From: a virus
Lineage: Duplodnaviria > Caudoviricetes
Length of the DNA: 64,000 nucleotides
Reading direction: 5' to 3' (one strand)
Virus record (IMG/VR): IMGVR_UViG_3300042973_000027
Coordinates: 686-64,685 of that record
The position numbers were made by a program, and so were the translations under genes. Shown one piece after another: positions 28,240-37,618 of the stretch (positions within the stretch are counted from its first letter, which is position 1; each line of letters begins with the position of its first letter). The notes under the pieces were generated by a model, which was not told where the DNA came from, did not search any database, and saw nothing but the letters and a program-made list of their open reading frames with translations.

Positions 28240-28787
28240 CTGCTCCTCGCTTCCTCGAAGCGCGGGTCGCGCGCTCTCTGGCGTGCCCTGGTCGCGCCCT
28301 TCTCGAGCGCCTCGGATGCCTCGCGGGCGTCCTTCGCGCGCTCGTCGAGCGTGCGGGCGTCGCGCTGCTCCTCGGCCCTGCCCCTTATCTTCTCGGACGC
28401 GCGCTCGCGCGCCGCGTCGGTCTCGTGCGAGAGCTCGCCCAGGGCATCGGCGACCTCCTGGGCGTCCTCGACGCGGAAGAGGAGGCACTCGCGCTTGGCT
28501 GCCTGGTCCTCGAACCAGGCGCTCTCAACGCCCTTGGACTTGAGCTTGGACTCCACGGCCGCCTTGGCGGCGTCACGGTCCTCGAGCTCCTCGAACTCGT
28601 GCATATCGAGCCGCGCCCACTCCACGCCGGCGTCCGCGGGCTCGGTCCTCGCCTCGCTCGCATGGGCGAACGCGCGGGACATGCCCCTGGATCGGTATAT
28701 CATCGCCCGCTCTCCGGCCCTCTCGCCGATGCGGAAGACCGTGTCGAAGAGCTTCTCGCCGGAATCGTCGCCGAAGTCGTTTGCCAT
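28236..28787 (-). CDS. PcfB/DUF3801-like conjugation protein
   Basis: Position just upstream of virD4; charged helical sequence. Confidence 0.55.
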   Translation of the reverse strand: MANDFGDDSGEKLFDTVFRIGERAGERAMIYRSRGMSRAFAHASEARTEPADAGVEWARLDMHEFEELEDRDAAKAAVESKLKSKGVESAWFEDQAAKRECLLFRVEDAQEVADALGELSHETDAARERASEKIRGRAEEQRDARTLDERAKDAREASEALEKGATRARQRARDPRFEEARSR

Positions 28788-28796
28788 GGCGCGTTC

Positions 28797-29525
28797 CTAG
28801 AGGTCCCTGCCGGGAAGCGGTGCAGGAGCCGGGCGCGAGCCGATCTCTGCAGCGGCCTCGCGGCTCTCCGCCGCGCGGGCGGCAAGCCCGTCTCCGCGTC
28901 CCGCCGTGCGCAGGCGTACGCCCAGCGCCAGCGACTGCGCCGCCGGCTCGGCCTCCTCGGGCGATGCCGGGGAGAGGTACTTCTCCATTTCCTCGGGTTC
29001 CTTGGCGAGCGCGTCCACGGCGTAGTCGCGGAAGGTGCCCTTCGCGCCTTCTGCATCGAACTGTCTGGAGAGCTCCGCGAGCCTTCCCGCCAGCTCGGGC
29101 GGGCAGAGGTACTCGAGGCGCGTGCACTCAACGGGGAGTGCCGCCCGCATGGAGGCGACGTAGCCCTCGAAGTCGGCGCGCGAGCGCGTGACCATGTGGC
29201 TGCAGGAGACGGACTCGAAGTCCTTCCACGTGCCGTTGTCGTTCTTGAGCGTCCAGTACTCGTCTCCGCCGTTCACCTGCTGGATGAATGCGAGGTCCCC
29301 GTAGACGACGCCCTGCCTGATGACCCAGATGCCGCTCTCGAAGTACGAGTCGAGCGCGTCCATGTCGGGTGCCGCGACGAAGGCGTAGGGATAGTCCTCG
29401 AGGTACGGGTCGTCCTGCCACGCGTAGCCGCCCCGCTTTAGCCAGCCGTTCTCCTGGCACTTCTTCTCGAGTGCCTCGGCGGTCTTCGCGTCGACGGGTT
29501 CAAGGCTCCTGGGGTCGGATGTCAT
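28797..29525 (-). CDS. Hypothetical ICE protein, 242 aa
   Basis: GGAG RBS before MTSDPR; first gene of the conjugation operon. Confidence 0.7.
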   Translation of the reverse strand: MTSDPRSLEPVDAKTAEALEKKCQENGWLKRGGYAWQDDPYLEDYPYAFVAAPDMDALDSYFESGIWVIRQGVVYGDLAFIQQVNGGDEYWTLKNDNGTWKDFESVSCSHMVTRSRADFEGYVASMRAALPVECTRLEYLCPPELAGRLAELSRQFDAEGAKGTFRDYAVDALAKEPEEMEKYLSPASPEEAEPAAQSLALGVRLRTAGRGDGLAARAAESREAAAEIGSRPAPAPLPGRDL

Positions 29526-29615
29526 GGCGGCTCCGTTCTCTTGTCGGTATGGTGCGGGCCGCCGCGGCCGTGTCTCGCGTCGGCGTGTTTCGCCGGGCGG
29601 TCCGCCAAGGGGTGT

Positions 29616-29682
29616 ATACAGCGTGCGCATGTCCGCGCGCTCGCGGCGCGGGGCGCTAGGCCACGCTTAGCCACGCTAGGTT
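29616..29682 (-). promoter_or_regulatory. Repeat box + GTAT element upstream of conjugation operon (copy 1)
   Basis: 33-mer 29650-29682 is 30/33 identical to 31754-31786. Confidence 0.6.
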
Positions 29683-30470
29683 CTGGTTCCTTGTCTCCTC
29701 CGCCTGTGGTCGAGATCGGGGAGGGGCACGGGCGTGCACATCTCGGCGAGGCGCGAGGCGATCGCCTCCGCGCTCTCGCGCTCTCCCGCCCTGCCGAGCC
29801 TCCTCGCCAGGGCGGCGGGCGCGTACTGCGAGGTCACCACGATCGGGCGCATATCCTCGTAGCGCACGTTCACCACCTGGAAGATGGTCGTGAGGACCCA
29901 GCTGTTGCCGTTCTCCTTGCCGAGGTCGTCCAGGATGAGGAGGTCACACCCGGTGTAGCGCCCCACCCCGCCGGCCGTTGACGCGCCATGCCCGTAGGTC
30001 GCCTGGATGGAGTCGAGCATGTCGAGGGTGGTGGTCATGACGACGGAGGCGCCCGCGTAGACGAGCGCGCGTGCGAGCGCGGATGCAGCGTGCGTCTTGC
30101 CCGAACCCACGCGCCCGTGGATGTAGAGGCCGTCGCCCCCGTGGGGGTCGAACTCGGCGAGGAAGCGCGCGACCTCGGGGATGGAGGTGCGCGCCCCTGC
30201 GAAGCGCCGGGCGACGCCGGCTGCGGCCAACTTGCGCGCGACCTCGGCCTCCTTCGACCTGCGCTCCTCGCGTTCTATGCGCTCCTGCTCGATGCGCTCG
30301 CCCTCGCATCCGCAGGACTCCGCCGTCACCCAGCGCACGCGCCCCAGGAACTCGGCTCCCAGGGGCGTGAGCTCCTTCCCGCACCAGCGGCACCTCATGG
30401 GCTTGGGATCGTCGAAGGCCAGCCCCAGTTCCCTCGCTTTTTCTGGAGTGAGAAACGCGTTTTCTCTCAT
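29676..30470 (-). CDS. DnaC/IstB-like AAA+ helicase loader with N-terminal Cys cluster
   Basis: CRWC...CGC; GRVGSGKT; LILDDLGKE. Confidence 0.88.
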   Translation of the reverse strand: MRENAFLTPEKARELGLAFDDPKPMRCRWCGKELTPLGAEFLGRVRWVTAESCGCEGERIEQERIEREERRSKEAEVARKLAAAGVARRFAGARTSIPEVARFLAEFDPHGGDGLYIHGRVGSGKTHAASALARALVYAGASVVMTTTLDMLDSIQATYGHGASTAGGVGRYTGCDLLILDDLGKENGNSWVLTTIFQVVNVRYEDMRPIVVTSQYAPAALARRLGRAGERESAEAIASRLAEMCTPVPLPDLDHRRRRQGTRT

Positions 30471-30907
30471 GTCTTCGCTTTCCCCTTTCCTCTTGGGTGA
30501 CGAGCCGTCACCGGTGCCCCCGACGAGCCGTCGGGGTTGAGCGCCCCGTCGTCTGACGTCTCGTCGGGGAGTGACGATTCGTCAGGGGGTGACGGCATGT
30601 CATGGACGGCGTCGCCCAGGCGGTAGCTCCTCGTGACGTTTCCCGAGGGCGAGGTGCGGGTGCCCATCTGCACGACGAGACCGCGCGACACCAGCTCGTT
30701 CACTGAGCGCGTGACCGTGCGCGCCGTCGTCCCCAGGAACTCGGCGGTCTTGGTCCTGCTCTCGTAGAACTCCGAGGTGCCGTCCCGGCAGAAGCCGTAG
30801 ATGCGCGCGAAGACGCTGAGCGTCACGCCGGAGAGCCCGAGTGATTTCCACATGAACTGGTAGACGACGATGAAGCGTTCCTCGGCGGGCGTTTCAGCGC
30901 GCGCCAT
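30467..30907 (-). CDS. Winged-helix replication initiator-like protein
   Basis: LGLSGVTLSVFARIYGF...TAEFLGTTARTVTRSVNELVSRGLV; ATGA-coupled to loader. Confidence 0.75.
   Translation of the reverse strand: MARAETPAEERFIVVYQFMWKSLGLSGVTLSVFARIYGFCRDGTSEFYESRTKTAEFLGTTARTVTRSVNELVSRGLVVQMGTRTSPSGNVTRSYRLGDAVHDMPSPPDESSLPDETSDDGALNPDGSSGAPVTARHPRGKGKAKT
30498..30602. repeat. Five 13-bp palindromic iteron-like repeats YGACG-N3-YGTCR
   Basis: Copies start at 30498, 30521, 30554, 30572, 30590 inside the initiator 3' end. Confidence 0.7.
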
Positions 30908-31151
30908 GCTCGGCCCTTCTCACTTCGCTCACGAGGCGGGAGTTGCGGTCGACCCACTCCGCGAGCTCCCTGCGCGCGATGAACATGCCGCGCATGCGGG
31001 TGAACAGGCGCCTGAACGGCAGGGGGTCAAGTTCCCGGTACGCGAGGTCGCGCACCGCGTTCTCGCTCACCTGTATGAGCGCTGCCACATCCTGGGTGGT
31101 GTAGAAGTCCTTGAGAGGAACCTGCGGCTTGGTCTGTTTGGCTGCTGTCAT
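30894..31151 (-). CDS. Excisionase-like HTH protein, 85 aa
   Basis: FYTTQDVAALIQVSENAVRDL. Confidence 0.75.
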   Translation of the reverse strand: MTAAKQTKPQVPLKDFYTTQDVAALIQVSENAVRDLAYRELDPLPFRRLFTRMRGMFIARRELAEWVDRNSRLVSEVRRAEHGAR

Positions 31152-31308
31152 TGCCGAGTCACCCCTTCGGTTGCTCGCCTTGCGTCCTCCCCGCGACCAG
31201 CGCTGGGCGGCAGGCGGCGAGGCGAGCGCGAGGGGGCGTCGAGCCCTGGGGTTGTGGCGATGCGGCGAGTTTCTCTCGCAAGGAGGCGCGCGGCCATGGG
31301 ATTCCCGA

Positions 31309-31626
31309 TCAGATGTCGTTGCCCATGGCGCGCAGCGTCTCGTCTAGCTCGTCTTTCCTGACACGCAGAAGTCTCCCTATCCTTATGGCGGGGATCTTCT
31401 GCCGCTCGATGAGCTTGTAGACCGACGTCTTCGATACGCGCAGGTATTCCGCGACCTGCGGCACGTCCATGAGGCCGTCGGGCAGGTCGTACGTTTCGGA
31501 TGTCGAGGAGGCAGCAGATCCCCGTATCTCCGCCCCGACATTCTCGCGGCTTTCAGCATCATTATCTGATATCCCCCGATGGACTGGGAACGCCTCGCGT
31601 GGCATCTTGAGGATGTCGTCTCTCAT
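31309..31626 (-). CDS. Excisionase-family HTH DNA-binding protein
   Basis: LMDVPQVAEYLRVSKTSVYKLIERQKIPAIRIGRLLRV; start codon uncertain. Confidence 0.85.
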   Translation of the reverse strand: MRDDILKMPREAFPVHRGISDNDAESRENVGAEIRGSAASSTSETYDLPDGLMDVPQVAEYLRVSKTSVYKLIERQKIPAIRIGRLLRVRKDELDETLRAMGNDI

Positions 31627-31719
31627 GGGATGGCCTACCGCCTCTCGTCTTGCATCTGGTGCCCTTGGGTCGCAACAAGGCCCAAGGAGTCGCGTCTTTT
31701 GGACGTGACAAGCAGAGAG

Positions 31720-31786
31720 ATACCTGTTGGAAAGCGCGTGTGCAAAGCCACAAGGGGCGTTAGGCCACGCTAAGCCTCGCTAGGTT
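31720..31786 (-). promoter_or_regulatory. Repeat box + GTAT element upstream of xis/replication operon (copy 2)
   Basis: Same 33-mer and same 30-bp spacing to GTAT as copy 1. Confidence 0.6.
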
Positions 31787-31929
31787 GCAGACGAATGAAA
31801 AAGGTGAGCAACGGGGTCTGCCGCTCTCCACTCTCAGGCACGCGATGTAATCCATTTGAACGATAATGTTTATAAGTACAAACAAATTGCCAGCGCCTGC
31901 TTTGCGCTGGTGCAAGGGGCAGCGGAACG

Positions 31930-33528
31930 ATGAAAATCAAGTCTATCAGCATACGCAATCACAGCAGGATCTCCGATTGTTCTCTCGATGTCAGAGACAA
32001 CTTGATACTGGTAGGAGCAAATGGCAGCGGGAAAAGCTCAGTCATAAGATGCATAGACCTGGTGCTTGGCAGGACGACGCAGCAGCTGTACCGCTCCATC
32101 GACAACTCTGACTTCGAAGACGAGGAGCAACCTTTTGCTGTTGAAGTTAAGCTAGAAGGGCTCAGCGAAGATGAGCGGTCGTTTTTCCCAGACGATTACG
32201 ATGCATTAGACAACTCGTTGACTGTTCGCATGGAAGCCACTCTAGACAAGGATGATCTCACGATCAGGCGATACTTTCCAAAAGGCGCCGGCGAGAACAA
32301 TTTGAGAAGAGAGCAGCTTGAGAGCATCGGATGGAGCATGATCCCTTCCGATTTTTCTACCACGCAGCTTGAGCCAGGTAGGAAGACTATCGTAGATGAT
32401 TACCTCAAAGAGGTGGATGCCTCTGGAGACGAGTCGAAATTGGCCGAGGCCATCAAATCACTTAGTGATGCGATTGACGGCTCAGATGCCTTCAAAGAAG
32501 CATTGGGTTCCCTGGCAGATCAGCTTGACCCCGTGCTCGACGGAGGTATTACGGCAAACAAGCTTCACTTCGTCCCCGAAGCGGCAATCAACGGGGATTT
32601 GCTAAATGACGTCCGGCTTCAGATTGAGGGCAAATCCGGAACCGCTCGCCAGGCGACAGAACAGTCTGACGGTACCAAAGCGCTTATTGCCTTTTCCATC
32701 TTTGGCCTGCTTAATTCGGGTGGGATGATTGCCATTGACGAGCCGGAGACTCACTTGCACCCATCGGCGCAACGAAACTTGATGCGCATTCTGAAGAGCA
32801 CCGGTCGACAACTTGTCATAGCCACACATTCTGGTGTTGTTGCTGGCGAGTTCGATCCCGTCAGCGTCGCGGTTACTCACGAGGGCATTCCACCAGTACA
32901 ACCCAGTCGAGGGTTCCTTTCAAGCAAAAAGGACCAGGCAACTCTCGCAAGGTGGTGGATAAGCAGCAAAGTTGAACTTCTGACGGCAAAGCAGATTATC
33001 GCAGTCGAGGGGCCATCGGACAGGATGGTGCTTGAAGAGGCTGCGGAGAAGATGGGGCGCCACCTCGAAAGAGACGGCATTGAAATCCTCGAAGCTGGCG
33101 GATGCACAGAAATGCAGCATGTATTAGACATCTTTGGAGAAAACGGATTCGGCCTCAAAGTGAACATTTTGATTGATGAGGACGACGGAAGAAATCTAGA
33201 AAAACTAGCGAATAGGCTTGAGGTCACGGTCGATAATCTCGCAGAGAAATCTGTCTTTGTATCAAGAAAAGACCTTGAAGACGAGTATGTTTCCGCCATC
33301 GGGGCGGACAGGCTGTGGAGCGCGATGAGCGATTCGAGTCTGTTTACTAGAAACATGTTGAGTAACTGCAAGATTGCACCTGGAGCCTCAGTGCCAAACG
33401 AGCAAGACCTGGCGGAGTATTGCCGATCCAACAAAATTATAAGCGCTGTGGTTGCCTGCGGAACATTTGACAAAGAGACGGCAGAAAAAGTGTCGAGCGT
33501 TGCCGAGGTGCTCCGAAATGCGAGCTAG
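31930..33528 (+). CDS. gajA: OLD-family ABC-ATPase/TOPRIM nuclease (GajA-like)
   Basis: GANGSGKS, QSDG, IDEPETHLHP, ATHS, VEGPSD, LIDED, DLEDE. Confidence 0.85.
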   Translation: MKIKSISIRNHSRISDCSLDVRDNLILVGANGSGKSSVIRCIDLVLGRTTQQLYRSIDNSDFEDEEQPFAVEVKLEGLSEDERSFFPDDYDALDNSLTVRMEATLDKDDLTIRRYFPKGAGENNLRREQLESIGWSMIPSDFSTTQLEPGRKTIVDDYLKEVDASGDESKLAEAIKSLSDAIDGSDAFKEALGSLADQLDPVLDGGITANKLHFVPEAAINGDLLNDVRLQIEGKSGTARQATEQSDGTKALIAFSIFGLLNSGGMIAIDEPETHLHPSAQRNLMRILKSTGRQLVIATHSGVVAGEFDPVSVAVTHEGIPPVQPSRGFLSSKKDQATLARWWISSKVELLTAKQIIAVEGPSDRMVLEEAAEKMGRHLERDGIEILEAGGCTEMQHVLDIFGENGFGLKVNILIDEDDGRNLEKLANRLEVTVDNLAEKSVFVSRKDLEDEYVSAIGADRLWSAMSDSSLFTRNMLSNCKIAPGASVPNEQDLAEYCRSNKIISAVVACGTFDKETAEKVSSVAEVLRNAS

Positions 33529-35224
33529 CTCGTCTGAGGTCACCAAGGAACAACAGGAGATTTTCGATTACGAACCTTATGGCATGGTGATTACCGCACC
33601 GGCTGGGTGCGGTAAAACCGAGGCGCTTGCCTACAGGGCAAAAGGCCTCCTTGAGCGATACGATTTTGGCGGAAACGGCAGAAGGCTGCTTATCACCTCC
33701 TTCACTAATCAGGCGAAGGACAACATTAGCGAACGGCTTAAGAAGTACATTGGGATGCAAACGCTAAGAGAGCACGTCACCGTCTGCAATTTCCATGGTC
33801 TAGCCTCGCGAATTATTAAGGCTCATGGTCAGCTCATAGGTATCGGAAGCGATTGGACCCTGGCGAGTGTTGACTGGGTAGGCAGAGAGCTTCGCGCTGG
33901 CGGATACGATCGAGACGACAGCAACCAGGCCGGACAGGCCTTACGCGACGCAAAGCTTACGTGCCTGACCGATGCGGACGTAATGAAACAGCTTGAAGGC
34001 ATCGATGGGCATGTCGGTGAAATCGCCCGTAGCATCGAGAAAAAACGAATCAACGAGAAGATGATTTCCTACGACGATCAAATTAGGGTTGCGCTGTGGT
34101 TGCTGCACGATCATAGAGTGGCTGCGCTTTACAGAAACCACTTCTTCGCAGCGCTGGTTGACGAGTTTCAGGATCTGACACCTCAACAGCTGAGATTCGT
34201 ACAGGCGCTTTGCGGAGCGAACATCACTTTTGCCGGCGACATCGCGCAAAGCATCTATTCGTTTGCAGGAGCAGATGCAGACTATGTACAGCATGAGATT
34301 GCCAAAAGCTCTAGTAAATCAGTAAAGCTACTGAAGTCTTTTAGGTCGGCTCCTATAATTCTAAATGCAGTCAACTCCCTATCTCCGGTGACTGGTAGCG
34401 AGCATCTCAGCGCCGCCTTCCCTAGTCGCTGGGGCTCGGGTGGAGCTGCTGGGCTCGCATCCTTTGATAACGAGGATTGCGAAGCCGCGTGGATTGCTGG
34501 CATGTCAAAGTCTATTTTGCGCCATTGCCCGCATCAACGAATTGGCATCATCACGAGGACGGGTTACCGCGCTATCACCGTGAAGAGGACTTTAACGCAA
34601 GGCGGAATCGAATATACCGATTGGGGAAGCGGCATCTTCAGACCAGAGGTAGCCGGAGTCCTTAAGCACATTTGCTCTGATATACAAGCTCGGTCCTTTG
34701 CAAATAACCTTGAGGCTCTCCGATACATTCAGCAGAGGGCTGCTACCTGCCACGTGAGTCAAACAGAGGAGCTTGAAGAAGCCTGCGGCTGGCTCTTTGA
34801 TTAACTTTTCCAACGCGGCTTTGATTTATCAAAACTGCATGAAATCGAAGAGAATATCACTGTGAGGAGAGGAAACGAGACTATCGCCACACGCGAAGGC
34901 GTTCATTGCCTCACAGGACATGCTGGAAAAGGTCAGCAATTTGACTGGGTGTTTGTGCTTGGCTTGGAGGATGGAACTATACCTTACTATAGAGCGAAAA
35001 GCCCCGAGTCCAAGCGTGAAGAGGCCAAGGTGCTTTCTGTAATGATTTCCCGTGCGCGGATTGGTATTTTTGGAACTTATACAAAAATCGACACGCGACA
35101 CTTTAGTAAGCAGCCTTCGGAGTTTATTCAATACCTGAAAAAGGCTCCCGGATTCCTGTGCGGTAAAGAAAGTATTGAGGCATGGTGCAGCAAGGCTGAC
35201 TGGCCGGCGATAGCATCAATGTAA
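33518..35224 (+). pseudogene. gajB: UvrD-like helicase (GajB-like) with an in-frame TAA at 34802-34804
   Basis: APAGCGKT, VDEFQD, GDIAQSIY, FRS before the stop; the same frame continues to HAGKGQQF and SVMISRAR. Confidence 0.82.
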
Positions 35225-35271
35225 CTTGAGCTTTATGAAGCTGCGGGCAATTGCGCTGGAGTAGTTTGCGA

Positions 35272-35575
35272 TGTAGTCACCTCTTTCGTCGTAAAGTGCG
35301 TTTCCCCAGTTCGGCGTCGTCATTCTTCACTCGGAATTTGTCACTCTTGGGTCGGGGAGCGTCCTGCTCCATTAGTACCTCTTCCGTCCATGTAGTCAGT
35401 TGTGCGCAACCGAACTACATTTTCGCAGGCCAGATGCGTCACTCTCCGGTCGGGTGAAAATACTCTTCTCAAGTGACTACAGAGCATGTAGTCAGTGCTG
35501 ACTACATGGTGACTACACGGTTTTCCGCGATAGGAGAGTAGAAGAAGCCCCAGCTCACCCGTCCCGTTGACTACG
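35272..35575. repeat. Cluster of TGACTAC(A) motifs in both orientations
   Basis: Copies start at 35272, 35391, 35474, 35487, 35499, 35510, 35568. Confidence 0.75.
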
Positions 35576-35597
35576 TGCAAATGGGCTATGCGACCAT

Positions 35598-35705
35598 TGA
35601 GTGGGAGTAAAATCCGCAAGGAAACACTCTTTCTCACTCCCATCCGAAAAGCAACGAATCCGCAGGTCAGAAGTGGTGTGTTCGAGAAATCGGCGCACCA
35701 CTTTT
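35598..35705. other. Candidate att junction between ICE and prophage
   Basis: GTGGGAGT 35601-35608/ACTCCCAT 35636-35643; CGCAGGTCAGA 35661-35671; IR around 35671-35703; TCGGCGCACCA 35690-35700. Confidence 0.45.
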
Positions 35706-35804
35706 CCTCACTAGAAAACGCTCCTCTCGGGATTATTTGTAGCAGGATTTGTGGCGGCCCAGGATCGCCCAGAGGGGGTCCGGGGCATCCGGAAGGAGAA
35801 GAAA

Positions 35805-36116
35805 ATGATGGACGAAGCCACGATGAGGAAGCTCCAGCAGGACGAGGACATGGCCTACTTCCGCGCGGACTTCTGCCTGAGCTCGCCCGAGAGCTACAGC
35901 CACGAGGAGAAGAGGCGGATCTGCAACGACATGGCGGCGACCACCATGGCGCAGCTCGCCGCGATGCGCGCCGACTTCGAGAGCATGCCGCCAGAGCTCA
36001 GAAGCAAGCTCCTGGACATGCTCTGCCAGTCGGGCGTCGAGAGCCCGCAGTGGTGGTGGGACGTCCTCGTGGGCGAGGGCGACCCCGTCTACCGCGACTG
36101 GGAGCCGCTGGAGTAG
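35805..36116 (+). CDS. Hypothetical acidic protein, 103 aa
   Basis: AAGGAG RBS; high GC3; followed by terminator. Confidence 0.75.
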   Translation: MMDEATMRKLQQDEDMAYFRADFCLSSPESYSHEEKRRICNDMAATTMAQLAAMRADFESMPPELRSKLLDMLCQSGVESPQWWWDVLVGEGDPVYRDWEPLE

Positions 36117-36140
36117 AGGAGGCCCATAGAGAGACCGAAA

Positions 36141-36170
36141 GGGAGGCCGTCTGCACGCAGACGGCCTCCC
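36141..36170. terminator. Perfect 13-bp hairpin between convergent genes
   Basis: GGGAGGCCGTCTG-CACG-CAGACGGCCTCCC. Confidence 0.75.
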
Positions 36171-36172
36171 GC

Positions 36173-36367
36173 TCATTCGTCGTCCCTTACGGCCTCGCCG
36201 ATCTCCCCGAAGGCCTTGAACACGGGAATCAGGGGCACGAAGACGGCGATAAGGACCAGGCAGACCAAGATGCCGAGGACGTAGCCCGCCTGCTCCTTCA
36301 GCCAGCGCCAGCGCCTCGCCCAGCGCCTAAGAGAGCATCTGGTTGACGCGCTTCTGAACAGCCGCAT
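36173..36367 (-). CDS. Possible small single-TM protein after the endolysin
   Basis: Basic/Trp N-terminus then YVLGILVCLVLIAVFVPLIPVF; high GC3; start uncertain, overlaps lysin end. Confidence 0.35.
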   Translation of the reverse strand: MRLFRSASTRCSLRRWARRWRWLKEQAGYVLGILVCLVLIAVFVPLIPVFKAFGEIGEAVRDDE

Positions 36368-37385
36368 AGCTCGACCCCAGCCTTCTCCTGCGCTCCTCGC
36401 CGTTGCCGTAGTCGCCCCGGATGACGGCCCGCGCCAGCGCATCGATGTCGACGGGGGAGCCCACGCCGAACATCTCGTTCACGCGCCTCTGCACGGCCGC
36501 GTAGTTGGACCCCAGGGCCCTCTCGCGGGCGTCCCCGTTGCCGAACTCGCCGGCGATCACGCGCCGCGCCAGGTCGTCGACGTCGACGGACCCGCCAGAG
36601 AGGATCCTGTTCACCTCGGCCTGGACCTCGTCGTAGCGGCCGCCAAGGGCCTCGCGCCTCGCGTCCCCGTTGCCGAACTCGCCGGCGATGACCCTCCTCG
36701 CGAGCTCGTCTACGCTGCCGGAGGGGGAGGCGCCGCCCGCCCCTCCGTCGCCGGCGGCCGCGCAGCGCCGCAGCCAGTCGCCCGCGTCCCCGTAGAACAG
36801 GTCGAGGTCCAGGCGCCCGCCGTAGCCGGGGACCCTCCCGGAGCTCGTGTACTGGAACAGCAGCGGCGCGTCCCACGCGCCGAAGTCCCAGCCGTCCGTC
36901 CAAGGCTCGCCCTTGAACCCCGTCTCGTCGTAGTTCGGGTACTGGGCCACCCAGAGCGGGTACGTCCTTGCGACCGAGGACCAGTCGTGGGAGAAGAGCA
37001 CGGACTTGCTCGCGTAGATGCCCGGCGTCACGCCGGTCCTCGCGCGCACGCGGTCCAGCCACGCCTTGGCCCAGGCAACTCCCAGGGAGACCGCGTCGGC
37101 CTCCCAGTCCAGGAACGGGATCGCCCTGCCGATGTAGGGCCCGAAGGCCGCGACGAACCAGTCGGCCTCCTGCTCGGCCGTGCCCTCGTAGCTCCGGTCT
37201 CGCGCGTAGTGGTAGCAGCCCAAGAGCTTGCCGGCGGCCAGGGTCGCGTCCGCGTGGCCACGGAAGCACCCGTTCGCGTAGCCCCTGCCGCCCGTGGCCT
37301 TCACGATCACGAAGTCGCAGGTGGCCATGTTGGAGACGACCAGGTCGTCCTGCCAGCCCGAGATGTCTATGCCGTTAAGCCCCAT
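36327..37385 (-). CDS. Endolysin: GH25 lysozyme + three CW_7 (Cpl-7) repeats
   Basis: IDISGWQ, VKATGG, FLDWEA, FQYTS, LDLD; 3x LAR(R/A)VI(A/R)G(E/D)(F/Y)GNG. Confidence 0.93.
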   Translation of the reverse strand: MGLNGIDISGWQDDLVVSNMATCDFVIVKATGGRGYANGCFRGHADATLAAGKLLGCYHYARDRSYEGTAEQEADWFVAAFGPYIGRAIPFLDWEADAVSLGVAWAKAWLDRVRARTGVTPGIYASKSVLFSHDWSSVARTYPLWVAQYPNYDETGFKGEPWTDGWDFGAWDAPLLFQYTSSGRVPGYGGRLDLDLFYGDAGDWLRRCAAAGDGGAGGASPSGSVDELARRVIAGEFGNGDARREALGGRYDEVQAEVNRILSGGSVDVDDLARRVIAGEFGNGDARERALGSNYAAVQRRVNEMFGVGSPVDIDALARAVIRGDYGNGEERRRRLGSSYAAVQKRVNQMLS

Positions 37386-37617
37386 GCGACTCGCCCCTCG
37401 TGATCCCCGGGGTGTCGCCGCCGTTGCCGCCCAGCGCGGCCATCACCGGCGAGAGGACCGCCATCACCAGTGCCACCACGAGAGCGCGCACGCTCGGGTC
37501 CATCACGCACCAGCCCATGATCAGGTCCAGGTTCGCGACCACCACGCCCAGCACGCCCTGCACGATTGTGCGCAGGAGCCTCCACTTCCAGTCGTTGCCT
37601 GCAAGGAACTCGCCCAT
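37375..37617 (-). CDS. Holin, 80 aa
   Basis: Two TM segments; directly upstream of lysin. Confidence 0.75.
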   Translation of the reverse strand: MGEFLAGNDWKWRLLRTIVQGVLGVVVANLDLIMGWCVMDPSVRALVVALVMAVLSPVMAALGGNGGDTPGITRGESHGA

Positions 37618-37618
37618 G

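Larger units (their letters stand above)
1..35700. mobile_element. Integrative conjugative element (left end outside window; right end approximate)
   Basis: Integrase, MOBP relaxase + MobC, VirD4/VirB4/VirB6/PrgI, hydrolase, adhesin, Xis-like HTHs and defence cargo; repeat-rich junction at 35.27-35.70 kb. Confidence 0.88.

Noticed and set aside
21628-28488. Long N-terminal extensions of hydrolase and VirD4 in the ORF track
   Set aside because: They overlap real upstream genes; coupled starts at 23205 and 28239 fit better
34862-35224. Separate 120-aa gene
   Set aside because: Same frame as GajB and holds its C-terminal motifs; treated as the distal part of the interrupted gene
35272-35575. 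CRISPR array
   Set aside because: Repeats are 7-8 bp, mixed orientation, irregular spacing; no cas genes
35672-35700. tRNA gene suggested by GTTCGA...CACCA
   Set aside because: Only 12 nt between TTCGA and CCA and no cloverleaf; kept only as a possible att core
36327-36720. ~150-bp tandem DNA repeats
   Set aside because: Explained by CW_7 domains of the endolysin
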